Under the pieces are notes generated by a model. That model did no database searches, was not told the origin of the DNA, and worked only from the letters and a program-made list of their open reading frames with translations. Source: an uncultured Candidatus Saccharibacteria bacterium (GTDB taxonomy: Bacteria; Patescibacteriota; Minisyncoccia; GCA-002772825). Taken from it: a stretch of DNA of 64,000 nt. A program made the translations under genes and the position numbers. The stretch's first letter is position 1. The number at the start of each line of letters is the position of its first letter. Shown here piece by piece: positions 20,023-27,749 of the stretch. The stretch is taken from NCBI GenBank assembly GCA_964560655.1, contig CAZLLR010000001.1:36202-100201 (forward strand), written 5' to 3'.

Positions 20023-21759
20023 ATGTCGTCAAATGTAGATCAAATAAAATCTCGTATCTCTATAGCCGATCTCGTCGGTTCTTACCTAAAGCTATACAAG
20101 GCAGGGGCTAACTTTAAGGCAGTTTGCCCTTTTCATAACGAAAAAACTCCATCTTTCTTCATATCACCAGCCCGTGAAAGTTGGCATTGCTTTGGCTGTA
20201 ACAGAGGGGGAGACATCTTCAGTTTCGTAATGGAGATAGAGGGAATAGATTTCTTAGAAGCTTTGAAGATGCTTGCTCTACGCGCCGGAGTAGAACTAAA
20301 GAGAGAAAACCCTACAGAAAGAAATGAAAAAGAAATTTTGACAAAGATAACAGAGGCTTCTGTTTCTTTCTACCAGGGTGAGTTAAATAACGGAAGTGAA
20401 GCTTATCTTTACCTTAAAGCTCGTGGACTAAACGATGACACAATAAAAAACTTCCATATCGGCTTTGCAAAAGCTGGCTGGAGAAACTTATATGACTTTC
20501 TCAAGAGTAAAAAATTTTCCGACTCAGATATAGAAAAAGCGGGCATGGTTATAAAGTCACCTAAGGGCTTATACGATAGGTTTCGCTCTAGGATAATGTT
20601 TCCAATCTTTAACTCCTTGGGGCAACCAGTAGGTTTTAGTGGTAGGATATTTGGGGAAGAAAGCCAAGGGGCAGTAAGTGCCAAATACATAAACAGCCCC
20701 CAGACACCCCTCTTTGACAAATCAAAGGTTCTCTATGGCTTCGACAAAGCCAGAAACTCTATAAGGCAAGAGAACACCTGTATACTCGTAGAAGGGCAGA
20801 TGGACCTCCTTATGAGTCAGCAGACATCTACCTTAAACACAGTTGCCACTTCAGGTACAGCTCTTACAGAAGAACATCTAAAGATCATAAGAAGGCTAGC
20901 CGATAACCTCGTCCTTTCCTTTGATACCGATGAAGCTGGGCTTGCCGCCTCAGAAAGAGCAGTGGGGATGGCGCTTTCCAGGGGCTTTGACGTGAAGATA
21001 GCTGAGATTTCAGAGAAGGATCCGGCTGACTTGATAAAGAAAAATCAAGAAGAGTGGGAAGAAGCTATCTCTAAGGCACAGCCTTTTATAACTTTCTACC
21101 TAAATACACTTATCTTAAAGTTTAAAGACATTAAGGATGCGCGAAAAGAAGTTGAGAAAAAAATCGTGCCACTTTTGGCCAAGATACAGAGTGAGATAGA
21201 GCGCTCACATTATGTCAAAGAGACAGCCAAAGCCATACGTCTTCAAGAGGAGCCTGTGATGGAAGAGCTTAATAAATTTATAAAAAATAACAAGAAAAAA
21301 GTTTTCACAAATAATTCTCAGAACTTAGTCAAAGAGACATCTAGATCAGACCCGAAGAACCGGCGCCAATCTATAGAAGATAGACTCCTAGGGTTGATCT
21401 TATGGCAAAAGAAGAAAGAAAAGAGTGATTTTAAGCCTGTGTTAGACGCGGTAGCCGTAAAATGCTTTGACTTATTCTCTGATGAAGGCAAGAATTTGTT
21501 AAAAAAAGAAAATAGTGAATTTGACGAAAAGGAAAAAAAATCTTATAATAAATTAACTTTTGAGGCAGAACTTTCTTATGGTGACTCTGAGACACTAGAC
21601 AAAGAAGCTGAGATACTACTTGCAGGAATAGAGAAAGAGGATTTAAAGGAAAAACTAGAAGATCTATCTGATAAGATTCGTCAATTTGAAATTGCAGGTG
21701 ACCAAGAAAACCTTTCTTTATCATTAAAAAAATTCCAAGAATTAATAAAACTTTTATAA
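20023..21759 (+). CDS. dnaG: DNA primase
   Basis: CPFHNEKTPSF...CFGC zinc-binding domain, KYINSPQT, VEGQMD, FDTDEAG. Confidence 0.97.
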   Translation: MSSNVDQIKSRISIADLVGSYLKLYKAGANFKAVCPFHNEKTPSFFISPARESWHCFGCNRGGDIFSFVMEIEGIDFLEALKMLALRAGVELKRENPTERNEKEILTKITEASVSFYQGELNNGSEAYLYLKARGLNDDTIKNFHIGFAKAGWRNLYDFLKSKKFSDSDIEKAGMVIKSPKGLYDRFRSRIMFPIFNSLGQPVGFSGRIFGEESQGAVSAKYINSPQTPLFDKSKVLYGFDKARNSIRQENTCILVEGQMDLLMSQQTSTLNTVATSGTALTEEHLKIIRRLADNLVLSFDTDEAGLAASERAVGMALSRGFDVKIAEISEKDPADLIKKNQEEWEEAISKAQPFITFYLNTLILKFKDIKDARKEVEKKIVPLLAKIQSEIERSHYVKETAKAIRLQEEPVMEELNKFIKNNKKKVFTNNSQNLVKETSRSDPKNRRQSIEDRLLGLILWQKKKEKSDFKPVLDAVAVKCFDLFSDEGKNLLKKENSEFDEKEKKSYNKLTFEAELSYGDSETLDKEAEILLAGIEKEDLKEKLEDLSDKIRQFEIAGDQENLSLSLKKFQELIKLL

Positions 21760-21762
21760 ATA

Positions 21763-23037
21763 ATGAAAAAAAATATGAATAAGAAAAAAACTCTAATTAA
21801 AAAGACAAAAGTGACAAAAACAAAAAAAGTGAAGAAGGTAGCCAAGCCTAAAAAAGTAGCGAAAAAAGTTACTAAAGAGAAAAAGATCTCTAGCGTTAAA
21901 AAAACTGCAAGTGTAGCTAAAAAACCTACCCCAACAAAAAGAAGAAAAAAACTATCTAAGGAGGAGACAAGTGAAAAGATAGATATTCTTATGAAAAAAG
22001 GTTCTCTTAGGGGTTTCGTGACTTATGCTGAGATACTAAAAGAATTCCCTAACATAGAAAACGATATTATGTTCCTAGACGAACTATATCAAGACTTGCA
22101 AAGAAGCGGAATAGATATCTTAGAAGGTGGAGTAACAGGCCTCTTGGAGGAACCGAAAGTTGAAAAGAAATCAAGAAAAGCCCCAAAGAAAATGTTTTCA
22201 TCTTCTTCTGAGCTTGATCCTATCCAGATGTATCTTAAAGAGATTGGAAGGATTTCACTTCTAAACACAGAAGAAGAAAGGAAGCTCGCTAAAGCTTCAA
22301 TGGAAGGAGACGAAGAATCAAAGACAAAGCTTGCTCAAGCAAACCTAAGGCTTGTAGTGTCCATTGCGAAAAGATATGTAGGAAGAAGCCCAGACCTCAC
22401 CTTACTTGACCTTATACAAGAGGGGAATATTGGACTTTTTAAGGCAGTGGAAAAATTCGACTGGACTAAGGGATATAAATTCTCAACTTACGCCACTTGG
22501 TGGATAAGACAAGCAGTGACAAGAGCCTTGGCAGACCAAGCACGTACTATCCGCATACCCGTTCATATGATAGAGACTATAACTAAATTTAAACAGAACT
22601 CCAGAAAGCTAGCTCGCGAACTTGGTAGAGAGCCATTAGACGAAGAGGTAGCAGCAGAGATGGGGCTAGATGTCAGTAAGATTCATCATATAAAGAAGAT
22701 CTCTCAAGGAACTCTTTCTCTTGAGGCGCCTATTGGAGACGATTCTGAAAAATCAACTCTTAGTGAATTTGTCGCTGATGACAAAATACTCTCACCTGAG
22801 CAACAGACATCACAAAGGATACTAAAGGATCAGATAGATGAGATAATAGCCGATCTTTCTCCAAAGGAACAGAAGATACTAAAGATGCGTTTCGGCTTAG
22901 ATGACGGAGTAAGCCATACCTTGGAAGAAGTAGGAAGAGAATTTGGCGTTACCAGAGAGCGAATTAGGCAAATCGAATCTAAAGTTATAGAGAAGATACG
23001 CCAGCATGAAAAGATAAAACAATTAAGGAGTTACTAA
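21763..23037 (+). CDS. rpoD: Primary RNA polymerase sigma factor with Lys-rich N-terminal tail
   Basis: [39 protein letters not shown]...[10 protein letters not shown]; follows dnaG. Confidence 0.96.
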   Translation: MKKNMNKKKTLIKKTKVTKTKKVKKVAKPKKVAKKVTKEKKISSVKKTASVAKKPTPTKRRKKLSKEETSEKIDILMKKGSLRGFVTYAEILKEFPNIENDIMFLDELYQDLQRSGIDILEGGVTGLLEEPKVEKKSRKAPKKMFSSSSELDPIQMYLKEIGRISLLNTEEERKLAKASMEGDEESKTKLAQANLRLVVSIAKRYVGRSPDLTLLDLIQEGNIGLFKAVEKFDWTKGYKFSTYATWWIRQAVTRALADQARTIRIPVHMIETITKFKQNSRKLARELGREPLDEEVAAEMGLDVSKIHHIKKISQGTLSLEAPIGDDSEKSTLSEFVADDKILSPEQQTSQRILKDQIDEIIADLSPKEQKILKMRFGLDDGVSHTLEEVGREFGVTRERIRQIESKVIEKIRQHEKIKQLRSY

Positions 23038-23115
23038 GAGTAGCCACTTAGAACATGTTGCAAAAATATGCAAAACCAGTAGAATAAATAAGAGCCTGTA
23101 AGGGTTCTTATTTAT

Positions 23116-23187
23116 TCCGGCGTAGCTCAGTGGTAGAGCAGTTGACTGTTAATCAATTGGTCGCAGGTTCGAATCCTGCCGCCGGAG
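23116..23187 (+). tRNA. tRNA-Asn (GTT)
   Basis: TCCGGCG...TAGCTCAGTGGTAGAGC, anticodon loop CTGTTAA, GGTTCGAATCC, CGCCGGA-G. Confidence 0.97.
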
Positions 23188-23245
23188 CAGAATAGACACT
23201 CTTCAAAATTTTGTAATTTATAGTGAAAAAAGCTACAATTTATCT

Positions 23246-23737
23246 GTGAAGATAATCAAGAAAATAGGCATAAATCTAGTAAATTATATAAGGAAAATAT
23301 ATTGGTTTACATTCAGGCCCACTACAATAGGGGTCAGGCTTTTAAATGTACACGATAATGAGATTTTACTTGTACGGCATACTTACTCTAACTACTGGTA
23401 TCTACCTGGAGGAGGAGCTAAAAAGAGGGTAGGTATTATAGACTCTCTAAAAAAAGAAATTAAAGATGAGCTCACTGTAGCACTAAATGAAGATCAACTA
23501 AATAATATCAATCTACTCGGAATCTATAACAATTTCCAAGAATATAAGAATGATTATATTTTTCTCTTTATTTTAGAAAATGAAAGGCTAATTCTATCTG
23601 ACACTAAAAGTATTGAGATAGAAGAAGCCAAGTACTTTAGTCTTGATGCCTTGCCTAGCAACATATCTCCCGGAACAAAAAGAAGAATAGATGATTCTTT
23701 ATCAAGAAGAAATAAGGTGATAATAGATAAATGGTAG
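23246..23737 (+). CDS. NUDIX hydrolase
   Basis: ILLVRHTY..WYLPGGG...LKKEIKDEL (degenerate Nudix box), EIEEAKYF. Confidence 0.85.
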   Translation: MKIIKKIGINLVNYIRKIYWFTFRPTTIGVRLLNVHDNEILLVRHTYSNYWYLPGGGAKKRVGIIDSLKKEIKDELTVALNEDQLNNINLLGIYNNFQEYKNDYIFLFILENERLILSDTKSIEIEEAKYFSLDALPSNISPGTKRRIDDSLSRRNKVIIDKW

Positions 23738-23822
23738 AAAAAGGACCCGACACCTTTTACTTGTTTTTTGTAAAGATTGTTAATAAGAAAAAAGGAGGAA
23801 CAAAAGAAAATCGTGAATAAAA

Positions 23823-23852
23823 AAAGGGGTTAGCATTATAGCTAACCCCTTT
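23823..23852. terminator. Terminator downstream of the 63-aa minus-strand ORF
   Basis: AAAGGGGTTAGC...GCTAACCCCTTT. Confidence 0.75.
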
Positions 23853-23869
23853 CTCATAAACCATACCTC

Positions 23870-24061
23870 TTACTTCGGGTTCCATGGGAGTTTTTTCCAC
23901 TGTCCTCCGGGAATCCTGACTGTGGTGTGCCCATTATTGACCTCACCTTTCGGATCTATATTGAAGGAATCGTGGACGTCTCCTCCAATTGGTGATGAGC
24001 CTGCCGGCTGTATGCCAAAATTGGGCTTTAAGGGCTTGAAGCCTGAGTTTCCTCCATTCAT
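23870..24061 (-). CDS. Small Gly/Pro-rich hypothetical protein, 63 aa (MNGGNSGFKPLKP...)
   Basis: SD AAGGAGGTGA, upstream TTGACT promoter-like site, own terminator. Confidence 0.75.
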   Translation of the reverse strand: MNGGNSGFKPLKPNFGIQPAGSSPIGGDVHDSFNIDPKGEVNNGHTTVRIPGGQWKKLPWNPK

Positions 24062-24210
24062 GATAATCACCTCCTTTCTATTGTCAGCAGTAAAACTGAT
24101 TAAAAAATAAAAAACTTATCTATTTTCAGAATAACAATCTTTTTAAAATTAGTCAATATATTTTTATATATTAAAAACTAACCAAATAGGTTCGAACATC
24201 GTCTAGTGAT

Positions 24211-24288
24211 TTGACAAAATAGCACTTTAATGCTATCTTTTTATTAGATAAAAACTAAACTTTGTACATAAAAAAAGGAGGTGTGATT
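24211..24288 (+). promoter_or_regulatory. Cassette promoter/leader module
   Basis: TTGACA-17-TATCTT, AAACTAAACTTTGTACATAAAA, AAGGAGG. Confidence 0.7.
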
Positions 24289-24522
24289 ATGAAGCTATCA
24301 GAAAAACGAATAAGGGAGATCGCATTTCTTTACCTCAAGTGGAAACTTGAGAGGGAAGGATTTTCTCTGCAGAATTTTCAAGATAGGGTGACTTTTACAT
24401 GCGGTGCGATAGGCATACCAGAAGAAGAAGGTATGGCGTTCGCAAAAGAAATTCTTACGCGTTTAGAAAAAAGATCTGTCGATGATGCGTTATCAGAGGC
24501 TAAGCCTGTCGGATCTGCGTAA
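24289..24522 (+). CDS. Small helical hypothetical protein, 77 aa
   Basis: SD-led ORF followed by its own hairpin. Confidence 0.75.
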   Translation: MKLSEKRIREIAFLYLKWKLEREGFSLQNFQDRVTFTCGAIGIPEEEGMAFAKEILTRLEKRSVDDALSEAKPVGSA

Positions 24523-24539
24523 ATGTAACACTCTTTTTT

Positions 24540-24569
24540 AAAGACCACACAAAACATCGTGTGGTCTTT
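24540..24569. terminator. CCAC/GTGG hairpin family copy 1
   Basis: AAAGACCACAC-AAAACATC-GTGTGGTCTTT. Confidence 0.8.
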
Positions 24570-24576
24570 CTTCTTG

Positions 24577-25500
24577 CTATTGTAAGAGTAGTTGTGCTAA
24601 TGAATCAATGACCCCTGGGTTGATATTATATTTAGGAAAGGAACCAAAAGGATTCACGTCTATCACAATTGGTTCTTCTCCTGAGATTACATCTATACAT
24701 AGATACTCTAGATTCAAATTTTTACAAAGAGACTTAAATTTACTCTCATACTCTTTAAAAATATCTGTTTCTATTTTAACTAATCTCGCTGAGCTTTTAT
24801 CTAGAGGATCGATTTCTTCTCTTTTATAAGAGAATATTTTATCTCCTATAATAAAGATTCTGTATTCCTCTCCCTTTATCTTATTTTGTAAAAGACAAGT
24901 CCCGAATATATCTATATGTTTTTTTAAATCAATATTTCCTTCAATAATATGAGGTGGATAAATATAAGCTGTATCCCCGCTATCTTCTTCAAAAGATAAC
25001 ATTTCTTTTAATTGAGTTTCTGCCTCAGGTAAAGCTTGAGAGAAATAACAATTTCCAAGACTTTTAGAAATCTGTGTTTCTGAAAATTTTAAGTCCATAT
25101 TATTTTTTCTTAATACAAAAGAATTTGGTGTTTTAATTCCACATTCCCTTACTTTTTTGAGAGAATAAAGTCTATTTCGAGCAAAGTGTGCATCTTTGAT
25201 ATTATTTATACTAATATCAGTAAACAAAAGTCCGAGAGTTTTGAAGAATTCAGTATTTTCTCTTTTTTGGTAATCTTCCGTATGTGGGCTAATCAAATCA
25301 TAAGGGTATCTAATAAATGCTCGGGTAAAGGTTTTTATTGGATGTTTTTCTACTTTTTCTCCAATGTAAACAAATTTATCATCAACAGCCTTGATATCTT
25401 TATCTGAAAAAATAAGATCTTCTTTTTTTGATATTTTTCGGATAGATTTTTCTAAATCTCCTAAACTATTATATGAGCAAGCGAGTAATATTTTATTCAT
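24577..25500 (-). CDS. ATP-grasp ligase, MvdC/MvdD (graspetide synthetase)-like / RimK superfamily
   Basis: INN..AHFARNRLYSLKKVRECGIKTPNS, ISKSL, LLQNKIKGEEYRIFIIG, LNLEYLCIDVI, IDVNPFG. Confidence 0.8.
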   Translation of the reverse strand: MNKILLACSYNSLGDLEKSIRKISKKEDLIFSDKDIKAVDDKFVYIGEKVEKHPIKTFTRAFIRYPYDLISPHTEDYQKRENTEFFKTLGLLFTDISINNIKDAHFARNRLYSLKKVRECGIKTPNSFVLRKNNMDLKFSETQISKSLGNCYFSQALPEAETQLKEMLSFEEDSGDTAYIYPPHIIEGNIDLKKHIDIFGTCLLQNKIKGEEYRIFIIGDKIFSYKREEIDPLDKSSARLVKIETDIFKEYESKFKSLCKNLNLEYLCIDVISGEEPIVIDVNPFGSFPKYNINPGVIDSLAQLLLQ

Positions 25501-25511
25501 AGAAATTAAAA

Positions 25512-25541
25512 TAAACAGGAGCGGATAACCGCTCCTGTTTA
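25512..25541 (-). terminator. 13-bp hairpin between micro-ORF and ATP-grasp gene
   Basis: TAAACAGGAGCGG-ATAA-CCGCTCCTGTTTA, followed on minus strand by TTTTAATTTCT-ATG. Confidence 0.75.
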
Positions 25542-25546
25542 AATAC

Positions 25547-25573
25547 TTAATCTTTCCAAATTTTATTTGCCAT
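25547..25573 (-). CDS. Candidate 8-aa precursor or leader peptide MANKIWKD
   Basis: ATG GCA AAT AAA ATT TGG AAA GAT TAA between promoter and hairpin, upstream of the ATP-grasp gene. Confidence 0.5.
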   Translation of the reverse strand: MANKIWKD

Positions 25574-25607
25574 AATAAATATTATTAATTAATAATGGAC
25601 TAATTTA

Positions 25608-25636
25608 ATGCTATCATAAAGTATTTTTTCTATCAA
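25608..25636 (-). promoter_or_regulatory. Promoter for micro-ORF/ATP-grasp unit
   Basis: TTGATA-17-TAGCAT with extended TG. Confidence 0.6.
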
Positions 25637-25658
25637 CTAGGTCAAATAATTACCTTTT

Positions 25659-25742
25659 TTACCCAAAACTGGACATCAATTCTAAATCCTTCTTAACCTC
25701 CATCCAGTTCAAAGTTCTGAATGTATCCAGTAGACGGAGCCA
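25659..25742 (-). pseudogene. Start-less recombinase-like C-terminal tail WLRLLDTFRTLNWMEVKKDLELMSSFG* beginning at att-like site A
   Basis: Open frame starting at CCAGTAGACGGAGCCA, which mimics the tRNA-Asn 3' end; family assignment is from recollection. Confidence 0.45.
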
Positions 25743-25801
25743 AACAGAACAGCCCTCCAATTTTCGTCCGCGCCGAGCGTGGGGCGTGCGATGGGAGTGG
25801 A

Positions 25802-25877
25802 ATTACCACGCACTCGGTGTGGAAGTGGTCGAGCTTTGTTCGAAATAAGTTCGGATTTCATCATATAGACGGAGTCT
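25802..25877 (-). pseudogene. Second start-less tail RLRLYDEIRTYFEQSSTTSTPSAW* at att-like site B
   Basis: 25847-25874 matches 25712-25739 at 21/28 nt. Confidence 0.4.
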
Positions 25878-26022
25878 CGTAAAATAATCTCAAAATTAAA
25901 ATATTCTATATCAGAGGTTACATATTCATCTATGTTCAAGCCACTTGTCTTTTTTCATATATATGATTTAATGAAAATAGATATATTGGTCTTTAAAAAT
26001 CGTAAAGAAGGAGGTGAGTAAG

Positions 26023-26364
26023 ATGGCAGATTTTAAAGTGAAACTTATACAAATTCCCATTATTCCAAGTTTGAGTCCCGGAACACCGGAGTTTAGAGAA
26101 GATAGACGCGCTCATATGTCCACATTAATGTCTATCTATGAGATGAGTAAGAAGGAAAGGACTTGCCCTAGATGCGGTGAAAATAAAAGTCCAACTAAAC
26201 CCCAATGTTTCTCTTGTCTTTCAACAAGTGTTCTAAGCCTCCATTACCTTTCCGAACAAACAAAGGAATGTAAATTTCACGGAATTAATTTCTGTCCAAA
26301 ATGCGACAAATTTATGCCCTCATTTATGAAAAAATGCCCCAGCTGCTTTTATAAAAGGAGTTGA
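26023..26364 (+). CDS. Hypothetical multi-zinc-ribbon protein
   Basis: CPRC, CFSC, CKFH, CPKC, CPSC; SD AAGGAGGTGA. Confidence 0.7.
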   Translation: MADFKVKLIQIPIIPSLSPGTPEFREDRRAHMSTLMSIYEMSKKERTCPRCGENKSPTKPQCFSCLSTSVLSLHYLSEQTKECKFHGINFCPKCDKFMPSFMKKCPSCFYKRS

Positions 26365-26408
26365 ACTCTAAACATGCCTATACTGTATATAAAAAGGAGG
26401 TGAGTAGA

Positions 26409-26606
26409 ATGGCAGATTTTAGAGATAGCTTCCCTAAGGTAGACCCTCGCATGAAGATCAGATCTGATCTCGATAACCGTAAACACGGACCGCATCATGA
26501 TGTGTTCGTCCCTGTTTCTGGAGGAACTGATCAAACAAGGGTTACCCCCGATGGAGAGGTGATCGGCGGAACTACTAACATAGGAAAAGCCAAAAAGGAC
26601 TGGTAA
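26409..26606 (+). CDS. Small hypothetical protein, 65 aa (MADFRDSFPKVDP...KAKKDW)
   Basis: SD AAGGAGGTGA; followed by hairpin. Confidence 0.75.
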   Translation: MADFRDSFPKVDPRMKIRSDLDNRKHGPHHDVFVPVSGGTDQTRVTPDGEVIGGTTNIGKAKKDW

Positions 26607-26617
26607 ATACCAATTCT

Positions 26618-26651
26618 AAAAAGGCCACATAAAAGATTGTGTGGCCTTTTT
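26618..26651 (+). terminator. CCAC/GTGG hairpin family copy 2
   Basis: AAAAAGGCCACAT-AAAAGATT-GTGTGGCCTTTTT. Confidence 0.8.
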
Positions 26652-26654
26652 TAC

Positions 26655-26743
26655 CCCAAACAGGTTCAAATATCGTCACCACAAGAGTACTTCCATTTTC
26701 TAATTCGCAATCTCAAAGAAAATTAGGTCGCCAGTAGGCGGAG
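26655..26743 (+). repeat. Dispersed 75-90 bp repeat, copy C, ending in att-like CCAGTAGGCGGAG
   Basis: Homologous to 27466-27542, 31835-31910 (inverted, 21-nt exact match) and 24181-24203 (19/23 nt). Confidence 0.8.
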
Positions 26744-26817
26744 TTGACCTTCTTAAGTATATATTATATAGTATTTTTAGAATTAAACTAAACTTTGTAC
26801 TTTAAAGGGGTGAGATT

Positions 26818-27177
26818 ATGACAATGGAAGAAGACACAGTAGATCGTAGTCCGAGAAGAATAGATCGAACAAGAATTTTTAAAGGTAACTTCGCTCGAAA
26901 AATACTTAAAAGATCAAGATATTCTCCCATAGAAGTTGAAAACTTCATGATAAAGAATAAAGTTTACTGGAATGGAGATCTCGAACTTAAGGAAAACGGT
27001 GTCCATAGTCATTGCTACTACACAGAGATGTTCTGGAGTATCATGAAGAGAATACCTACTGGCGTCCATGAAATATCTGAAATAGAATCATTCAAGCCAA
27101 GGAGACCAATTGTTTTACTACTTAGATTCTTCGGTTCTTATCTGTATTTAACAAAGCTAAAGAAATCTTTATCTTAA
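26818..27177 (+). CDS. Hypothetical protein
   Basis: Preceded by TTGACC-17-TATAGT and AAACTAAACTTTGTACTTTAAAGGGGTGA. Confidence 0.65.
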   Translation: MTMEEDTVDRSPRRIDRTRIFKGNFARKILKRSRYSPIEVENFMIKNKVYWNGDLELKENGVHSHCYYTEMFWSIMKRIPTGVHEISEIESFKPRRPIVLLLRFFGSYLYLTKLKKSLS

Positions 27178-27196
27178 CCCATAAGGAGATAGACAA

Positions 27197-27379
27197 ATGA
27201 CTCAGAAGGAAGGAGCACTTATAGATAAAGACGTCAAGCACCCAAGCCACGATACACGATCCTCAGATGCGTCAACTTATGACGAGGTATGCAAAAAATG
27301 CGGAGCAACAGATAAAGTCCCTGGTGGTTGGGGACGGCTTGCCCTACTTTGTCCTAAAAACTCTAAAGCTATAGCTTAA
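27197..27379 (+). CDS. Small putative metal-binding protein (H..CxxC..C)
   Basis: HPSH...CKKCGATD...CP; SD AAGGAG; hairpin GCTCACAAGA/TCTTGTGAGC follows. Confidence 0.65.
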   Translation: MTQKEGALIDKDVKHPSHDTRSSDASTYDEVCKKCGATDKVPGGWGRLALLCPKNSKAIA

Positions 27380-27465
27380 GTCAAGGTGGTTGATCGCTCA
27401 CAAGACATATTCTTGTGAGCATTTTTTTATAAAGATAATTTTTTCTACCCAAATAAATAAGCCCG

Positions 27466-27542
27466 AGTATTGTCACCATAAGAGGACTTCTATCTTTATA
27501 CTCCTTCTAATCACTAAGGATTAGGTCACCCAGTAAACAGAG
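27466..27542 (+). repeat. Dispersed repeat copy D
   Basis: TATTGTCACCATAAGAGGACTTC...ATTAGGTCACCCAGTAAACAGAG. Confidence 0.7.
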
Positions 27543-27641
27543 TCAGTTAAAATAGTCTTATTTTTTAGGCTATTTTATTTTATCTCATATGAGATTTTGA
27601 CGGGCGTTAGAGGTTATAATATTTGTGTTATACTTTTTTAT

Positions 27642-27749
27642 ATGAAGAAGAAAACTCAAATATTATTTATACATGGTGGTATGACCTTTAAGAAACAGAA
27701 AGATTATTTACATCATTTAAAAACTAAAAAAATATGGACGATAATATAA
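27642..27749 (+). pseudogene. 5' fragment of an alpha/beta hydrolase (MKKKTQILFIHGGMTFKKQKDYLHHLK)
   Basis: ILFIHGG oxyanion-strand motif; frame ends inside the start of the next gene. Confidence 0.55.

Noticed and set aside
23791-23820. SD AAGGAGG on the plus strand
   Set aside because: Followed only by GTG AAT and an A-run into a terminator; no credible ORF.
25709-25939. 76-aa minus-strand ORF from the track
   Set aside because: TTG start with no SD; it overlaps two att-like scars whose protein-like frames are different.
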